Shown here: piece by piece, positions 35,561 to 52,559 of the stretch
Numbering within the stretch: position 1 is the stretch's first letter
Layout of the letters: the number at the start of each line of letters is the position of its first letter
Assembly (NCBI RefSeq): GCF_009914755.1
Contig: NC_060936.1
DNA length: 64,000 nucleotides
Strand: one strand, 5' to 3'
Origin: the human T2T-CHM13v2.0 reference genome, Homo sapiens
Position numbers and translations under genes: made by a program
Notes under the pieces: generated by a model
Told to the model about the DNA's origin: nothing
Databases searched by the model: none
What the model saw: only the letters and a program-made list of their open reading frames with translations

Positions 35561-38500
35561 ATTTTATTTCTTAACGTTTTGTAGAGATGAGGTCTTGCTA
35601 TATTGATCAGACTGGTCTTGAACTCTTGGCCCCAAGAGATCCTCCCCCACTCAGTCTTCCAAAGTGCTGGGATTACAGACGGAACCACAGCACCCGACCC
35701 TGCTTTTTCTTTTAAATGTCTATTTCTAGCTGTCTCTTCACCAATATATCTTTTATAAAAAGTTCTCCATGTAATTCTAATGTTTAGCTGGGTTTGAGAA
35801 CTCCTAACATAGTGTTTGATAAACAAGCAAAGGATAAATATGTATTTTTTTCCCAGTCTTAGTTATCTCTAACCTAACATCTGTGTGAAAATACTTTGGC
35901 AGTGTAACCCTGGCAATCTAACATCCATTGTACAATTTTTTTCAGAAGATTGCTTTAACCAAACCAGTTGTGGTTTGATTCCTGGCTGTGCAGGATTTTG
36001 TCATTTTTGATGTTCCAACGTCTAACACAGTATAGTCACCTAACTGGCATACAGTAAATGTTTGTTAAATGATGCCTGAACTATGTGACCTCAGGCAAGT
36101 AATGTACTTCCTCTGGGCTTCAGTTCCCTCAAAGTAAAATTGAGGTAACTGTGCTGCCATCAGTTGGCTGCTGAAAGTATCAAACAAATGGGAAACAACT
36201 TTTAAACTGCCCAAGGCTACACAATAAAGCATCATTTATTAATTTCCATTAGCTTTCCTGTGCTTCACACATTCATCTCCTTATTGAAAGAAAAGAAAGA
36301 AAGAAAGACAATCAGGCACTCAGAGCAGCCCTACGAAAAAATTAGTGGGAAGAAAGGAACTAACATGTACAGGGCATTCACAGAAATTCCAGGCACATCA
36401 TAAGCATTACGTTGAGAAAGAGACTTCCGAAGAGTGACAACAAAAGATACTGAAAGTCAAGACAACTTAAACAGCTCAGTCTGGTAGAAACTCATTTAAT
36501 TTCTGCTCATAAAAACAGATTTAGCAAAAGAAGACACATACTCAAAAAATATCCTGAAGAAGCTAACAGGAATTTAACTTCACCTCTAAGGCATATGGAA
36601 AAGGATTTATTAGAAGCATTTTATGAGGCATAATTATATCTTATGACTTGCAGAGTAGGAGGAAAAAAGACAGCACATCAAAAGATATTACAAAGCAAAT
36701 GGCTAACATCAAGTTGGGGCACTTACATTAGCTTTCCTCTAAAAAGAAATGGCTTTTTTTGCCATCTGACCTATAGTAGGGACTTGAAACAATTTTTCAC
36801 ACCCATCTTCCATTCTTACCCAGAATCACTTTTTCTTTCCAATAATTCCACTTTAAAAAGAGCTGCCCAATCCTAATACTTTCCTTTTTCTTTCCGAATC
36901 AGATCCTAATCTGGCAACCATAAAAATTTCCAACTCTTCCTTTTTACTATTTTACTAAAATTTACTTCTACTGTTTGTGTTTCAACACAACAACCAAATT
37001 CTAAGAGAAATCCATCATAGCCTAGTCTTCATAATTCTCTTCACATTAAAAACAAAAATGGTTCAGCTACTTGAGTTGGTCAGCAGTCAACCGCCCCTCC
37101 CAATTTCTCATTGTTATCTTCTTACAAATGTTCAATAGCCCTAAAGGTTGAAAGGGAACACAAAAATGAACATATTAGCTTCACACACTTTTTAGAGAAA
37201 GACAGCACTTGCAACTAACCATGAACAGCCTGCTACCTTGGTAAAGCATCATCAATAGCAAGAAGACTGAAAGGCCCAAATGATGCTGTGCTCAAGTCCA
37301 ATTACTATGAAATTCCACGGGAGTTACTGGATATGAATCTAAACAAATGAAAGATGTTAAAGGCAGCAGTGAACTGGGACTCCAAGAGAAGGGAAAACTG
37401 CTTAAAAGTATGATCCATCTCATGTGCCTACTGGTCACAGAAAGCACCCTCCTCAGACATTCTAGGAACTCCATCTGCCACGTTCCAAGATTTATTTAGC
37501 ATTCAGGCCACTACAGAAGTCATGCAAGTTAGCTCATCCTGCCAAAGATGGGTAAATCCTCCTAAATTACAGCAGATGCTCAATTTCTTCAGTTTGTATG
37601 GTTATCAGAATTATCATCATCAAACATCAATCCAGCCATTTTCTAGGAGGATTATGCAAGTCCTGAACTATGTCCTTCTACCTTTCTATACTGATTTTTA
37701 GCTGATAGATGTGGAGAATATCAGCTTTTATTATCACTCAGCAGTTAAGTCCCCACATTGTCCCTCTTCTGCACAGAATGACAATACCAATGCAAGGCAA
37801 AAAGAATAACATTGAGGAATATCAGTGCTATAATCATAGCAAAGAGGCAAAAAGCAGTGTCTGAAAAAAATTAATTTCTCAATTTATTCATATTTTTTAA
37901 CTTTTGTATAAAAATTTCTAGGTATTAAATACTAACACCAAGTAGAAAGAAAAAGTTCTGGACGCCTGCTCTCCTGACTCAGGGGCTGGCCTCGATCAAC
38001 TAAAAACTCTAATATCTCAAATTCTTCACCTGTTAAAATAGAGATAGCATCTCTTCTACCTCCATCATAAGGCTATTTTGAAGAATGAGGATTCACAGAA
38101 GGATTAAGTACAAAGCACCATGCCATGTAAGATATTCTTATTGGAAGACAGCTTTACGGAAGTGGAAGGACTATGAAATTTGCAGGGAGACTCACCTGGG
38201 TTCAAGCCCTATCTGTAACCCTAGCAGCTGTTCATTTGTTCCTCTGACAAGGGAGGAAGATCATTCCATTGTAGGGTGGTGGGGATTAAATAACACTGCA
38301 CGTGGAAAGCACCTGGCACACACTATACAGAGTGAATGTTAGTGCCCTATTATAAGCAAGGTTTTTCTGCAAAAAAAAAAGTTGCCCTTTTCAGCTTTGG
38401 CCTCAGTCCTATATACAAAGATCCTAGAATTCAGTTTGCACAAGGGCTTTTCAAAGATAAGTGCATAGCAACACAATCACATTATTCAGAAAATATTATG

Positions 38501-38715
38501 TTTCAGAACTGCAACTAGTCTATTAACCTCAAAACAAAACAGAATGTGCTTAGTTTCATGGAAAAGCACATGATGATCTGCCTGGCACAACTAGTGCCTT
38601 TTACATTTTATATTAACAAACCATGAGCTGTTGCCCAAACCCATTCACCAAGCACAAGACTTACAATCTAACATCCCATTCTGAGTTCTCACTGAGATGA
38701 ACAAGAATTACCTGA

Positions 38716-39016
<301 letters not shown>

Positions 39017-39053
39017 GTCACCTGAAATCATCAAAAATGGTGTACTCATAGGG

Positions 39054-39073
39054 AGCCAAGCCCGGGCATGTTG
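39054..39073. promoter_or_regulatory. Candidate p53 response element, AGCCAAGCCC-GGGCATGTTG (0 spacer)
   Basis: 18/20 match to RRRCWWGYYY x2, both CWWG cores intact, about 1.1 kb downstream of the TM7SF3 ATG. Confidence 0.6.
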
Positions 39074-40079
39074 CTTCTTGGCTCCCACAGGTGAATTTGA
39101 AGTGGCAATAGAACTTCGTTGATTCTTGTTTTTCTCATTTTAGTTTTACTCTCTATTAAATTGTTATTTTTTACAGTTCATTTATGGATGACAAGTTATT
39201 TCCTGTTGGTAGCTGCAATGATTGGGAATTTTGTGATCTCTGTAAACGAATTAATATCTCATAGAGATCTATTTCCTGTTGGATATGAGACAACAGAGAA
39301 CACAGTTTTTGTCCATTTGTCTTTTTTAAGGTCAAATCGATTAGAAATTTCTTGCCCTCAAGTAAGGAGAACAACTCTGATACCTGGACTGGCAAGCTTT
39401 TGTGTTTCTGTGTTTATTTTTCATTTGTGGCTGAACTTGTAGAATTGAGGGTATACACATTCTATCTGTATGTCTATGTATCTGTAATTCAGAAAGTCCT
39501 TTATTTCTCATTGTGAGTATGGAATGTTTTCCTGTCTCCAGATGGTATTAATAAATTAGATGGTAAAGGCTCTTTAAAAATAAAGCCTCATTATGGGTTC
39601 ATTTTCCCTCTCAAACTCTGTAGAACATAACCAGTTTGAAAAGCCTCTAGATTTGGGGGTGTAAAAATTCCATGCAGCTTGAGAGCCATCAGTCATTAAG
39701 CCGCTAGTTCCACCCCAAGTCTTGCTGTCCAGAAGCTCAGACAGTCCACTGGGCAGCAAAGAGGCGCTTTAGTAAGTTGAATTAAAGCCACAAACATGGC
39801 TGCTCCCTAAGGGAGATAATACTGTGTTAAAAAAAGAGAATTATTTATCTCTTCCCATTTCCTCCGCTAAATGAGGAGGTTAATAGTAAGACCTCCTTAG
39901 CCATGAGTGTTTCCGCTGCAGGAAACACCATTCGTGCCGGTTCTGGACTCACCACCCAGCGTGTACCAACGCCCCCAGCACCATCTCCCTGCTAGGCTGA
40001 CAGACCCCTGGCGGATTTTGACCTCGCAAGAAATGCAAAAGCAACTTTGGGTTGCAGAAGCCAGGCGCCCCGACCTTAC

Positions 40080-40170
40080 CCTCGCTGGAATTCCCGAAGA
40101 CCTCGGCTGCACCAGCCACCCGGTGTTCGGATGCCAGCACCGCTACGACCAGCAGCTGCAGGAACCCCAT
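40080..40170 (-). CDS. TM7SF3: TM7SF3 coding exon 1 (MGFLQLLVVAVLASEHRVAGAAEVFGNSSE-G; signal-peptide-like N-terminus)
   Basis: ATG at 40170 in GCAGCAATGG context; 91 nt; donor G|gtaagg; inside CpG island; peptide recognised as TM7SF3 N-terminus. Confidence 0.96.
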
Positions 40171-40253
40171 TGCTGCCTGGGCCGGGCTGGGCCCACGCCA
40201 GGGCTGGGGAGAGGTGCGGGCGTGCGCGCCGGGGCCCCGCAGCCTCGCCCACG

Positions 40254-40283
40254 CTATCCCGGGGCGCCCGCATCGGGCGCCAT
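40254..40283 (-). other. Candidate uORF MAPDAGAPG* in the TM7SF3 leader
   Basis: ATG at 40283 in GCGATGG context, TAG ending 40254; depends on TSS lying upstream of 40283. Confidence 0.55.
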
Positions 40284-41145
40284 CGCCCGCCAGGTGCAGA
40301 CGCTTCGCACCTGCCAGCTCCGCAGCCGCCGGCGCGCGCCCCGCCGAACTCCTAGCCCCAGCGAGAGGTTTCCTCTTCCGGCACCTGACCCCCAACGCGC
40401 GTTCCCGCGCCTCCTCCCGGGCTCTCGCTGCGTCACAGCGGCGGGTCTCTGGGCGCGGGCGGCGCTGGGGCGTTTCCAGGCAGCGCGCGCCTCCTGCCGG
40501 CGCGCGGGGAACGCGCAGCCTGCGGTGCTCCCGGGAGCCCCCAGGAAGTCCTGGCTTGAGGCCCGGTCTTGCCCCACTTTTATCTCACCAAGTAGGCAAA
40601 CCCACTGTGAAAGTACAAAATAACTTTCTGTTGCGGACTAACGTCGCCAGGCTCCTGTTTCCGTGTTTAACGGCCCTTTACAACAGCAAAAAAGAGGAAT
40701 CAGTTGCTAAAAACACAATTGAAGGTTATTTCCCCCGGTAGCAATTGTCTTCGCTGCTGAGGCTTATGTTAGCATAAAAATGCCAGGAGAATGCTGTTTG
40801 TGTAGTGGTTACCGCACTAGTCATAAGCACTACATTTAAAAGTAGTTTCGTTTTCTCTAAGCGAAATATCCTCGAAGACACGGCCTTGGTCTGAACTTCG
40901 TCTCAAGTCTCATACCTGAGTGCTGTTTGAGGGACAGTAGTCCATGTGACAGATGGCTCATCGATGATGTGGAATTAGACGCATAGACTTAACGTTATTT
41001 GGGGAGGATTGTCTTGCTTTCCTTCCCTGGTTTTAATTTTTTTCACTTATATATTTTGATGAGCAACTTATAGCTTGGAAATTACATGTTCAGTTAGTCC
41101 ACTACTAAGCTAACAATATATAGCTGTGACCATAATGTGAAGAAG

Positions 41146-41569
41146 TGTTAAAGACAAAATTATTCAATGATACTTGTTAAAGCACCGAACGAAGACTATT
41201 GAGGACTGTCTCAATTGGCATAGGGACCACTGCAACTGGGTCTTGCAGTGGGGAAGAGGGACTGGGCTCAACTCCGAATACAGCGTGGGCAAGAGGGAAT
41301 TTATAGCCAACCAGCAGTATGGAGTTCAGTGGATGGAAAATTACTAAGAGGAAGCATCAGAGGTAAGGGGCATTTGGTGAAACTGACCTAACAGGACTTC
41401 TGAAGACATAACATCACCTGGGGGATGGTGCAGGGTGAGAAAACTGATTAGATATGGAGGAAAGGGGGTTCTTTGCTAAAACTGGATTTTTACAAAGAAG
41501 TGCACAGATGGACCTAGCAGAAGATTCAGAAGCCGTACTAGAGTTTGGCCAAGCAAATAATCTTTGTCA
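41146..41569 (-). mobile_element. ERV1-class solo LTR (MER31/MER67-like), about 1 kb upstream of the TM7SF3 ATG
   Basis: tgttaaaga...tctttgtca; termini are the reverse complement of those of the 11771-12610 LTR. Confidence 0.7.
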
Positions 41570-42406
41570 TAGGCACAATTCTTTCTCTGCTTTCCCACTG
41601 CCTGGTCCAAATTTTCACACCTTTGGTAGCACTATCTATTTCTGTAGTGCTTATTCACTCTCCCACATGCCCCTATTCCTATAACCCTCAGTAGATGAAA
41701 TCCAAGGAAGATGAAAGGGACAATTATGATAAGGGTAGCATCTGAATCAGTGGATGGATTATTCAATAAATTGTGTTCTTAACTGATTAGCTGCACTATG
41801 GGCAGAGAGAAGCAGAACTCTATCTCACACTAATTGTGAAAACAAAATCCCAAAGTAATAAAACCATAAAAGAGCTAGCAGAAGAGGGCGCTCTTTTTTT
41901 TTTTTAATAAATTGATCTCAAAATGGGAGGAGCTTTCTAAGAAGCAGAACAGCAAAGGAAACAACCATAAAGGAAAAGATTGGTAGACTTGGCTACGTAA
42001 ATGCTTTTTACATAAATATTTAAATTTTATTAAAGTAAACACACAAACAATATGAAAAGGCAAGTTGACCAAAAAAAAAAAATTAGCAAAGGACATGAAT
42101 GGGGAATTTCACCCCAAAAAAGAAATACAAATTACCAGTAAATACATGAAAAAAGTTCAATCTCACTAGTAAACAAATAAAAAAATCAAATTAACAAACT
42201 AAGATGTAAACATTTTAAAAGTATAAAACATCCAGTGTGGATAAAAGAGCTAAGAAGGAGGCATTCTTAGGTAGGGATACTGGGAATATACACTTTAATA
42301 AAGTAATCGGCATCAAAAATGTTTAAAAATCTTATTTTTGTAGATTTGGTATAATCCACTTTTAGATTTAAGTACATAATTAAATACACATATAAAAATT
42401 AGTATA

Positions 42407-43130
<724 letters not shown>

Positions 43131-43193
43131 TGTAATTTTTTTTTAAGAGACAAGATCTCACTATGTTACCCAGGCTGGCCTTAAACTCCCAGA

Positions 43194-43752
43194 TGTAAGA
43201 ATTAAAGAAGAAAGAAACAGGAAAGGTGGCTTAGAAGTCAAGGACAAGTTTATTTTAGAGAAAACAAACCTGAAAGGGGCTTCTGGCCAGTTAGGTTAGA
43301 GGCACACTCTCTTACGGACTAATAAGAGTTTTTAAGGATTTAGGGTGGGAGAGTTTATCAGAGGCTTGGACTGCTTCTGTGTCTGTTGTGCTTATCTGGG
43401 AGGGAGAGTTGTGTGTCTGTTCCCATACATCTTTTTGCAGCTGCAGGCATACCCCCGAGTCTGCTTTTAGCTTCCCTATCTTAGTGCACCTGAAGGGAAA
43501 GGAATGTACTTACTAAGGCCCACTGTTTTACTGGGGCCCATTGTATGAGGGTGAAGTTTGGCAGTTACCCAAGAGAATTTCCCCCCACCTCCCTTTGTGC
43601 CTGAGCTGTCTTATCTGTGTTTTACTGTCTGCTCTTTCTGGCTGCTTATAGTTAGAAGAGAAGTGATTTCCTTGAAATGCATGAGGCTAGAAAGGGAGCT
43701 GGAACTTAAAGTGGCGGTGTTTGTCCGAGATGACGGTGCTCCTGGTCTGTCA
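43194..43752 (-). mobile_element. ERV1-class solo LTR (LTR15-like, family tentative), 559 bp, 5-bp TSD ccaga, inside an Alu monomer
   Basis: TG...CA ends; ccaga at 43189-43193 and 43753-43757; AATAAA on minus strand near 43250; Alu sequence resumes after the TSD. Confidence 0.85.
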
Positions 43753-44524
43753 CCAGACTCAAGCAATCCTGCCACCTCAGCCTCCAGACTAACTGGGACT
43801 ACTACAGGCTCACACCACTGTGCCTGCCTTGTTTTCTTTGTAGTATGCATTCCTGGTTATGTACATAGAAAAAAAGGTTGAAAAATATATGCCAAAATGT
43901 TTAAAATAGTTATCTTTAGGTGGTTAAATTAAGAATGATTTCCTTTGCACATTTCTGTGTAAAAGTTCTACATTGAAGTGTATCATTTTTAAATAAGAAA
44001 TTATGATTTTGTAAAAGATACATATAATTTTAAAGGTTTTCTTATAAAAGCATTCAAGATATAAGTCCACCTTCCTGAGTATGACACATAAATGCTTTTT
44101 GTGATGCAACTCCTGCTCACCTCCCTAGGTTCTTGCTGCAACTAAAATCAGACCTCTACATGCTGGCCACATTGAATTAATTTCAATTTCCTGAACTGAG
44201 CCTATTCTCTCTCCTCCATACCTTTGCATCGCAGTTCCCCAGGCCTGCAGTTGCCTGTGCATGCATGACAGTTGATGACAGATGTGTCAGCAATCAGAAC
44301 AGGGCCTCATTACCTTGGCTTCTAAGTACAGTATTGTGACAGCTTGGGAGGATGATTGGCTGGGGTTCCATGCTCATGTCAGAGTTCCATTGGAGAGCTG
44401 AGAAGCAAACAAGCTTAGCAGCTTTGCAGATTAGTTCATTTTTCCTATGTATTGAAAGGAAATGCAGAAACTGAAAGATTCCCAAATCCAAGATATGCAT
44501 CATTAGAGGCTTAAAGTCTGTTTA

Positions 44525-45954
<1,430 letters not shown>

Positions 45955-46472
45955 TCATCCCGGCACTAAGAACAGTTTAGATATTTAATAAATTGCAACT
46001 GTGAGTATTAAAGTTATTTAAAAATTGCTAAAGGTGTTTTTCTTAAAAAATAGTTGCTACAGTCATAAAAACCAAAGCATTTACAAGATTGACTGAGTGG
46101 CTCACTGCTGAAGCTGTAAAGGGTATGCGAGGGTTCACTATACTGTCTACTTTTCTATATCTTTGAAACTTTTAATAATATAAAGTTTCAAAGAAAGTAC
46201 TCACCAAAATTGTGTGTTTAAAATATGAGATCTGTAATACTGGGTTCCTGCTCCTAAAACCATATAATCCAGTTGGCGATGCAACAGAAGCAAATGGAAA
46301 AGCATATGAGAAAGTGTCCAAATCATGAAAGGAAGAAAGGAGAGGTCCCTATGGACTCTAGCAATTCATAAAATTTATATGAGAAGTGTACAGCTTAAAA
46401 AGGTAGGGTAAGGATTAAATAGCAGGAAAGAAATTGCTTTGGGAAAGGTAAAGAATGAGGAAAGAGCTAGAC

Positions 46473-46689
46473 CAGTGGTTCTCAATTGGGGGCAATTTTG
46501 CCCCCCAGCAACATTTGGGACTATCTGGAGATACTTTATGTTGGCATAAATGGATTGGGGGGATGCTACCGGCATCTCAGGGGTAAGGGACAGGGATGCT
46601 CTAAACATCCTACAGTGCACAGGTCAGCATCCCACAGCAAAGAATAATCTAGCCTGAAAAGTCAAGAGTGCAGCCATTGAGAAATCCTG
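46473..46689 (+). mobile_element. MER20 (hAT-Charlie) with 8-bp TSD agctagac/agctagat
   Basis: cagtggttctcaattgggggcaattttgcccccca...ttgagaaatcctg; TSD on both sides. Confidence 0.85.
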
Positions 46690-47855
46690 AGCTAGATGCA
46701 CAGACTATATTTGGCAGGTGGGTTATTCTTGAAGTCTACAGCTTCAAGAGCTTCCTAAACCCCTTTTCAAATGTAGGCTAAGTTGAGAGTCTGGTCTGGG
46801 GAAAGGGTCCACAGCTTTTATCTGATTCTTAAAAAGATCCGTGGCCGAAAGAGGCTGAAGAACCAGGAAAACCAAGGGGTCAGGGACCTTGGCTGAAACA
46901 GATTATTTCACTCAGAAAATTATCAGGAGGTGAGGCTGGGTCTGTTTGCTGGAGCCAGATAATAGTAAATCTTGAAAACCAGGCAGAGATAGTTGGACAT
47001 CAACCTGAGGTCTCTGTGGAGGCACAGAAGACCTATTAGGAAGATAATGGCAGGACAAAAACTGTGTCACAATATGAATGTCTTGAAGTGGCTTCTCTAC
47101 TTCAACTGCCCAAGTTCCCTTCAATCAGGCTGCAAAACTTAGTATTCTTATGGAGTGGACTAAACTATATCCAATCAGTCACCAATCCATATTAATTTTT
47201 TTTCTCAAAAATATATTTTAGTCTTTCTTTCCCCGCTTATCAGGGTCAACACCCTATTCTAGGCCCAGCTCATCTTAATCTTGGACAACTGCAAAACCTT
47301 CCTTAGTGAGTCCTTGGCTTATTCATCTTTGCAAATTGAGCACTGGATATACTTCCTGGCATGTGGCAGGCATTCCGTAAGGTACACTCTCAAGTGACGG
47401 TGGGAGGAGAAGGTTGTAGAATCCCCCCAAGTTACAGTGAAAACAAATTACAGAGTGATTTCTCATTAGTCCCATTATGGGGAACATGCCTCATCCACGT
47501 TCTTAATGAGGCTCCAGTAAGTCTGTAGACTGTTTGGGGCTGAGGGTGGGGCATTGGTGTGAAGCAGAAGTGGTGCTTCACAGTAAGTGTTGGGATAAAT
47601 CCAACAAGCTGAGTTCCCCAGGGACTGTGTCTTCCACCTTCCCCGCAGCCACAGGAAGGTAATCACGGATAATCAGCCTGAGAAAGAGGATATGAGAGTT
47701 TTTTGAAGTCTACAAACCTGTTATTTGCCGATTCCAAACTCATTTCTTACCAGACTATCCTCAGGCTAAATTTCCTTAAATACCAAGTTTCGATTATCAC
47801 TTTTCACACTTAAACTCTCAATAAGTCCCAACTCTAAATCTAAATTGTGCAGCTA

Positions 47856-48215
<360 letters not shown>

Positions 48216-48339
48216 TTACTCTTCAATTTGGTCAATAAATAAACACGAGAGGGTACGAGAAATTACTTAAAAAAAAAAAATCCCCGCAGAATCCAACAAT
48301 CTCTGAAGCCTTTAACACCTAACAACCCCAAGGGGAGTA

Positions 48340-49621
<1,282 letters not shown>

Positions 49622-49766
49622 TACAAGTCCTTTTTAATGTCTCCCCCAAATTCTACTCTCTATTAAAGGCCAAGTCTAGTAAGTAGCTCCCCAGCTTTGT
49701 TCCTTCTGGTTATTTTTCCTCCACACTATGCCTGAGTGGAAAGTAGAAGCAAAGCCAGAGGATGCG

Positions 49767-50162
49767 CAGTCATGGGCCCCTAATGAAGGGGTCATGTTCT
49801 GAGAAATGCATGGTTTTGGCGATAACTTTTTTTTTTGTTTTAATAAGTAGAAGTACAATGTAAAATAACGATAAAACAGTAATACATAAACCAGTAACAA
49901 AGTCATTTAGTATCATTATCAAGTGTCATGGACTGCACATAATTGTATGTGCTATGCTTTCATACACTGGCAGTGTGGTAGGTTGATTTACAGCAGCATC
50001 ACCACAAGCACTAAGGAACGCATTGCGCTACAGCGTTAGTACTGCTACGATGTCACTAGGCAATAAGAATTTTTCAGCTTTATTATAACCATAGGGGACT
50101 GACATAATATGTGCATCCCGTTGACCAAGACGTCAGTGGGTATTCCCATGCGGCAATGGGTG
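49767..50162 (+). mobile_element. Tigger3 (Golem/MER7)-family DNA transposon remnant
   Basis: cagtcatg...ttctgagaaatgcat start; cgttgaccaagacgtc...atgcggc end. Confidence 0.65.
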
Positions 50163-52444
50163 TACTTATTACCATTACGAGTTAGATTGTTTTCTGCTAA
50201 ATAGTTTTCCATTGATAGTTATGTTTCTCATTGTCTGATTGTGATTTAATGTCCTAGATAAGGGGCTAGAGAGAAAACATGCTGATAGGAAAACCTAAGT
50301 ACCTGGTTTCCTTGCCAGTTTTTTTTTTCCTCACTGTAAGCTAATAACTTGGCATTTTTCTTAATACATCAGAATTTGTACACTTGAAGAGTGTGAATCT
50401 ACTTGTGATAAAACTGATCTACCCTGGGTGAATAACACTAGTTTTTAAGCTGAGAGGACCAGCCTCTAAGTGTTGAATTCACCAAGATAAATTCTACCCT
50501 GCAGGGACTTGCCTGGGCTGCCAGCCAGCCTTCCTCAGGGAACTACTCCTTTGAGGTTTTACGAAATCAAATTGTAATGATGCTGCTGGATAGAAATCTT
50601 ATTTTAGGGAAAATTTTGCATATTCATACATGTCTTGTAACTAGAAGGATAATAAGGACAGAGTGAATATGGCCTTAACTCCAGGTTAGGCATAATGATA
50701 ATTGGATTTTGGAGAAAAGCCTTTAGGATAACTAGTATGAGTGCCTACTGTGTGTAAGCACCATCATGTTTACAAAGAGATACTCCTAAAGGAGGTTAAA
50801 AAATGTCAAATACTCAGGAGACATTTAAGTGATGGAAAAACAGTATGTGGTTAGGGAGTTATAATGAATTGAGTATTTTCAGCTTCAGGTTCTGATGTAA
50901 ATTGGAATATGGAGTGATGTGAACCAAAATAGGGGGAATCTTCTTAGCATTTATCCTAATCAGAATTATTTGTATAACTTTTAACATTTGTTCTACCCTC
51001 TGAAAACCGTGAGTGCAGAAGCTATGTCGCATTCACTATGTCTCTGTAGTGTTTATATGCAGTACTTTAGTTATTTTCCATAAATTTTTGTTGACTAAAT
51101 GGATCTTAAAAGCTTTTGAAGGATGGAAAAGATAGACACTGTGTTGAATATTTTTTTGTGTGTGTTTCCTCTATTACAACAATGCTATAATAGGAGAATG
51201 TATCCAATTTAAAAATGAAAAATGCTGCTTGGATTAATAGAGCTAGGATCAGGATCTAGGTTTGTATAGCATCTGAGCACTTATTGCTCCATTACAATTA
51301 GCAAAACCTGGGCAAAGCCATTTAGTCATAAGTGACTTTATGACTAGTTAGATAAATATGAAGGAGTAGTGGAAAACGAGTCAGTAGAGTTGACTTAGAT
51401 TATTGAAAGCTTCAAAACAGCCTGAGTTGGAGATTTATCTTGAAGACAGTGGTGGAGTAAGCTTAAATGTTTTGATCAGGTTAAAATAAATAACCTGGTG
51501 AACTGGAAAACAACAAGAAGACTATTGTAATAATTCTGGTGTGAGATAATTGGTTGAACTAAGCAACAGTGATAGAAGGAAAAGAGAAAGATTTGTAGTA
51601 TTAGCAGAATATGAAGATCAAAGGAAAGTAAGAATCTGAAGTTAGATTGGTTGACTAGGAGACTTTCAATACAAATTAAATATTAAAAAGAGGAAACAGT
51701 TGCCTTTGAGTTCTGTCATTGAAACAATGGCAGAGAAACCCAGTGGAAATACTTATTAGAAATAGGAGGTTTGAGAGGTCAAGACTAGGTGAGAGAAATT
51801 GGTAGGGAAGATAGGTGTATTTAATTTGGAGATGGTAAGGAATTGCTATTCCCAATCTTTAAAAGTACTTAAGGAATACTTTTAGAGTACAAGAGTTTAC
51901 AAATTGAGTCTTGAACAAATACATTTCTGCTTACTTAAGGTGCTTTTCTGAGCAGCCTCTTCCTCACTATTTCTTTACACTTGTAACTACTCCAGTCTCA
52001 GAAAAGGAATCATATACTTTGTGCATGAGAAATAAATTTTTATTAAACATGGTGCCATAGATATTTACAAGTCAAATTTGCTCTTTTCCATCACTATCCC
52101 CAAAAAGTCTTTACTTGTGGCTTACAATAAGTATTGGCCAATATTCTCTTATCATTTTACTATCACAAGAAAAGAAAGATTATTTTGTATTTCAACTGTT
52201 TCAACTAGATTTATATCAAATTTAACTTTACCTAGATTGATACCAAACTTAGTTTCTTTGCAGAATTAAAACGTTTAATCAACATTAATAATAACTGGCT
52301 TATTTTATCAACAATCACTCCTTTCTGTTTTATTCCCTTGCTCAGAGATTATCATTACAGAAACTTATTGTTGTTGCCATTACCAATAAAGTCCTTAAAA
52401 CTGATAAGTCCTTTCTAACCTTGATATGTTTTCTTTGGCCTAAG

Positions 52445-52559
52445 CTTGCAGATCAGTTTTGTAATGCCATTGGAGTATTGCAGCAATGTGGTCCTCCTGC
52501 CTCTTTCAATAATATTCAGACAGCAATTAACAAAGACCAGCCAGCTAACCCTACAGAAG
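52445..52559 (+). CDS. MED21: MED21 coding exon 2 ([39 protein letters not shown])
   Basis: 115 nt; acceptor cctaag|CTT, donor G|gtaaac; in ORF 52421..52618. Confidence 0.96.

Larger units (their letters stand above)
39900..40700 (-). promoter_or_regulatory. CpG island: promoter and 5' UTR of TM7SF3
   Basis: Dense CpG and very high GC around exon 1; ETS-like ccggaa/caggaagt, CRE half-site tgacgc, GCGCGC tracts; exact TSS cannot be read from sequence. Confidence 0.9.

Noticed and set aside
39907-40741. Long plus-strand ORFs (238 aa, 229 aa) antisense to TM7SF3 exon 1
   Set aside because: Expected from stop-codon scarcity in a GC-rich CpG island; low-complexity R/P/A/G content, no recognisable domain.
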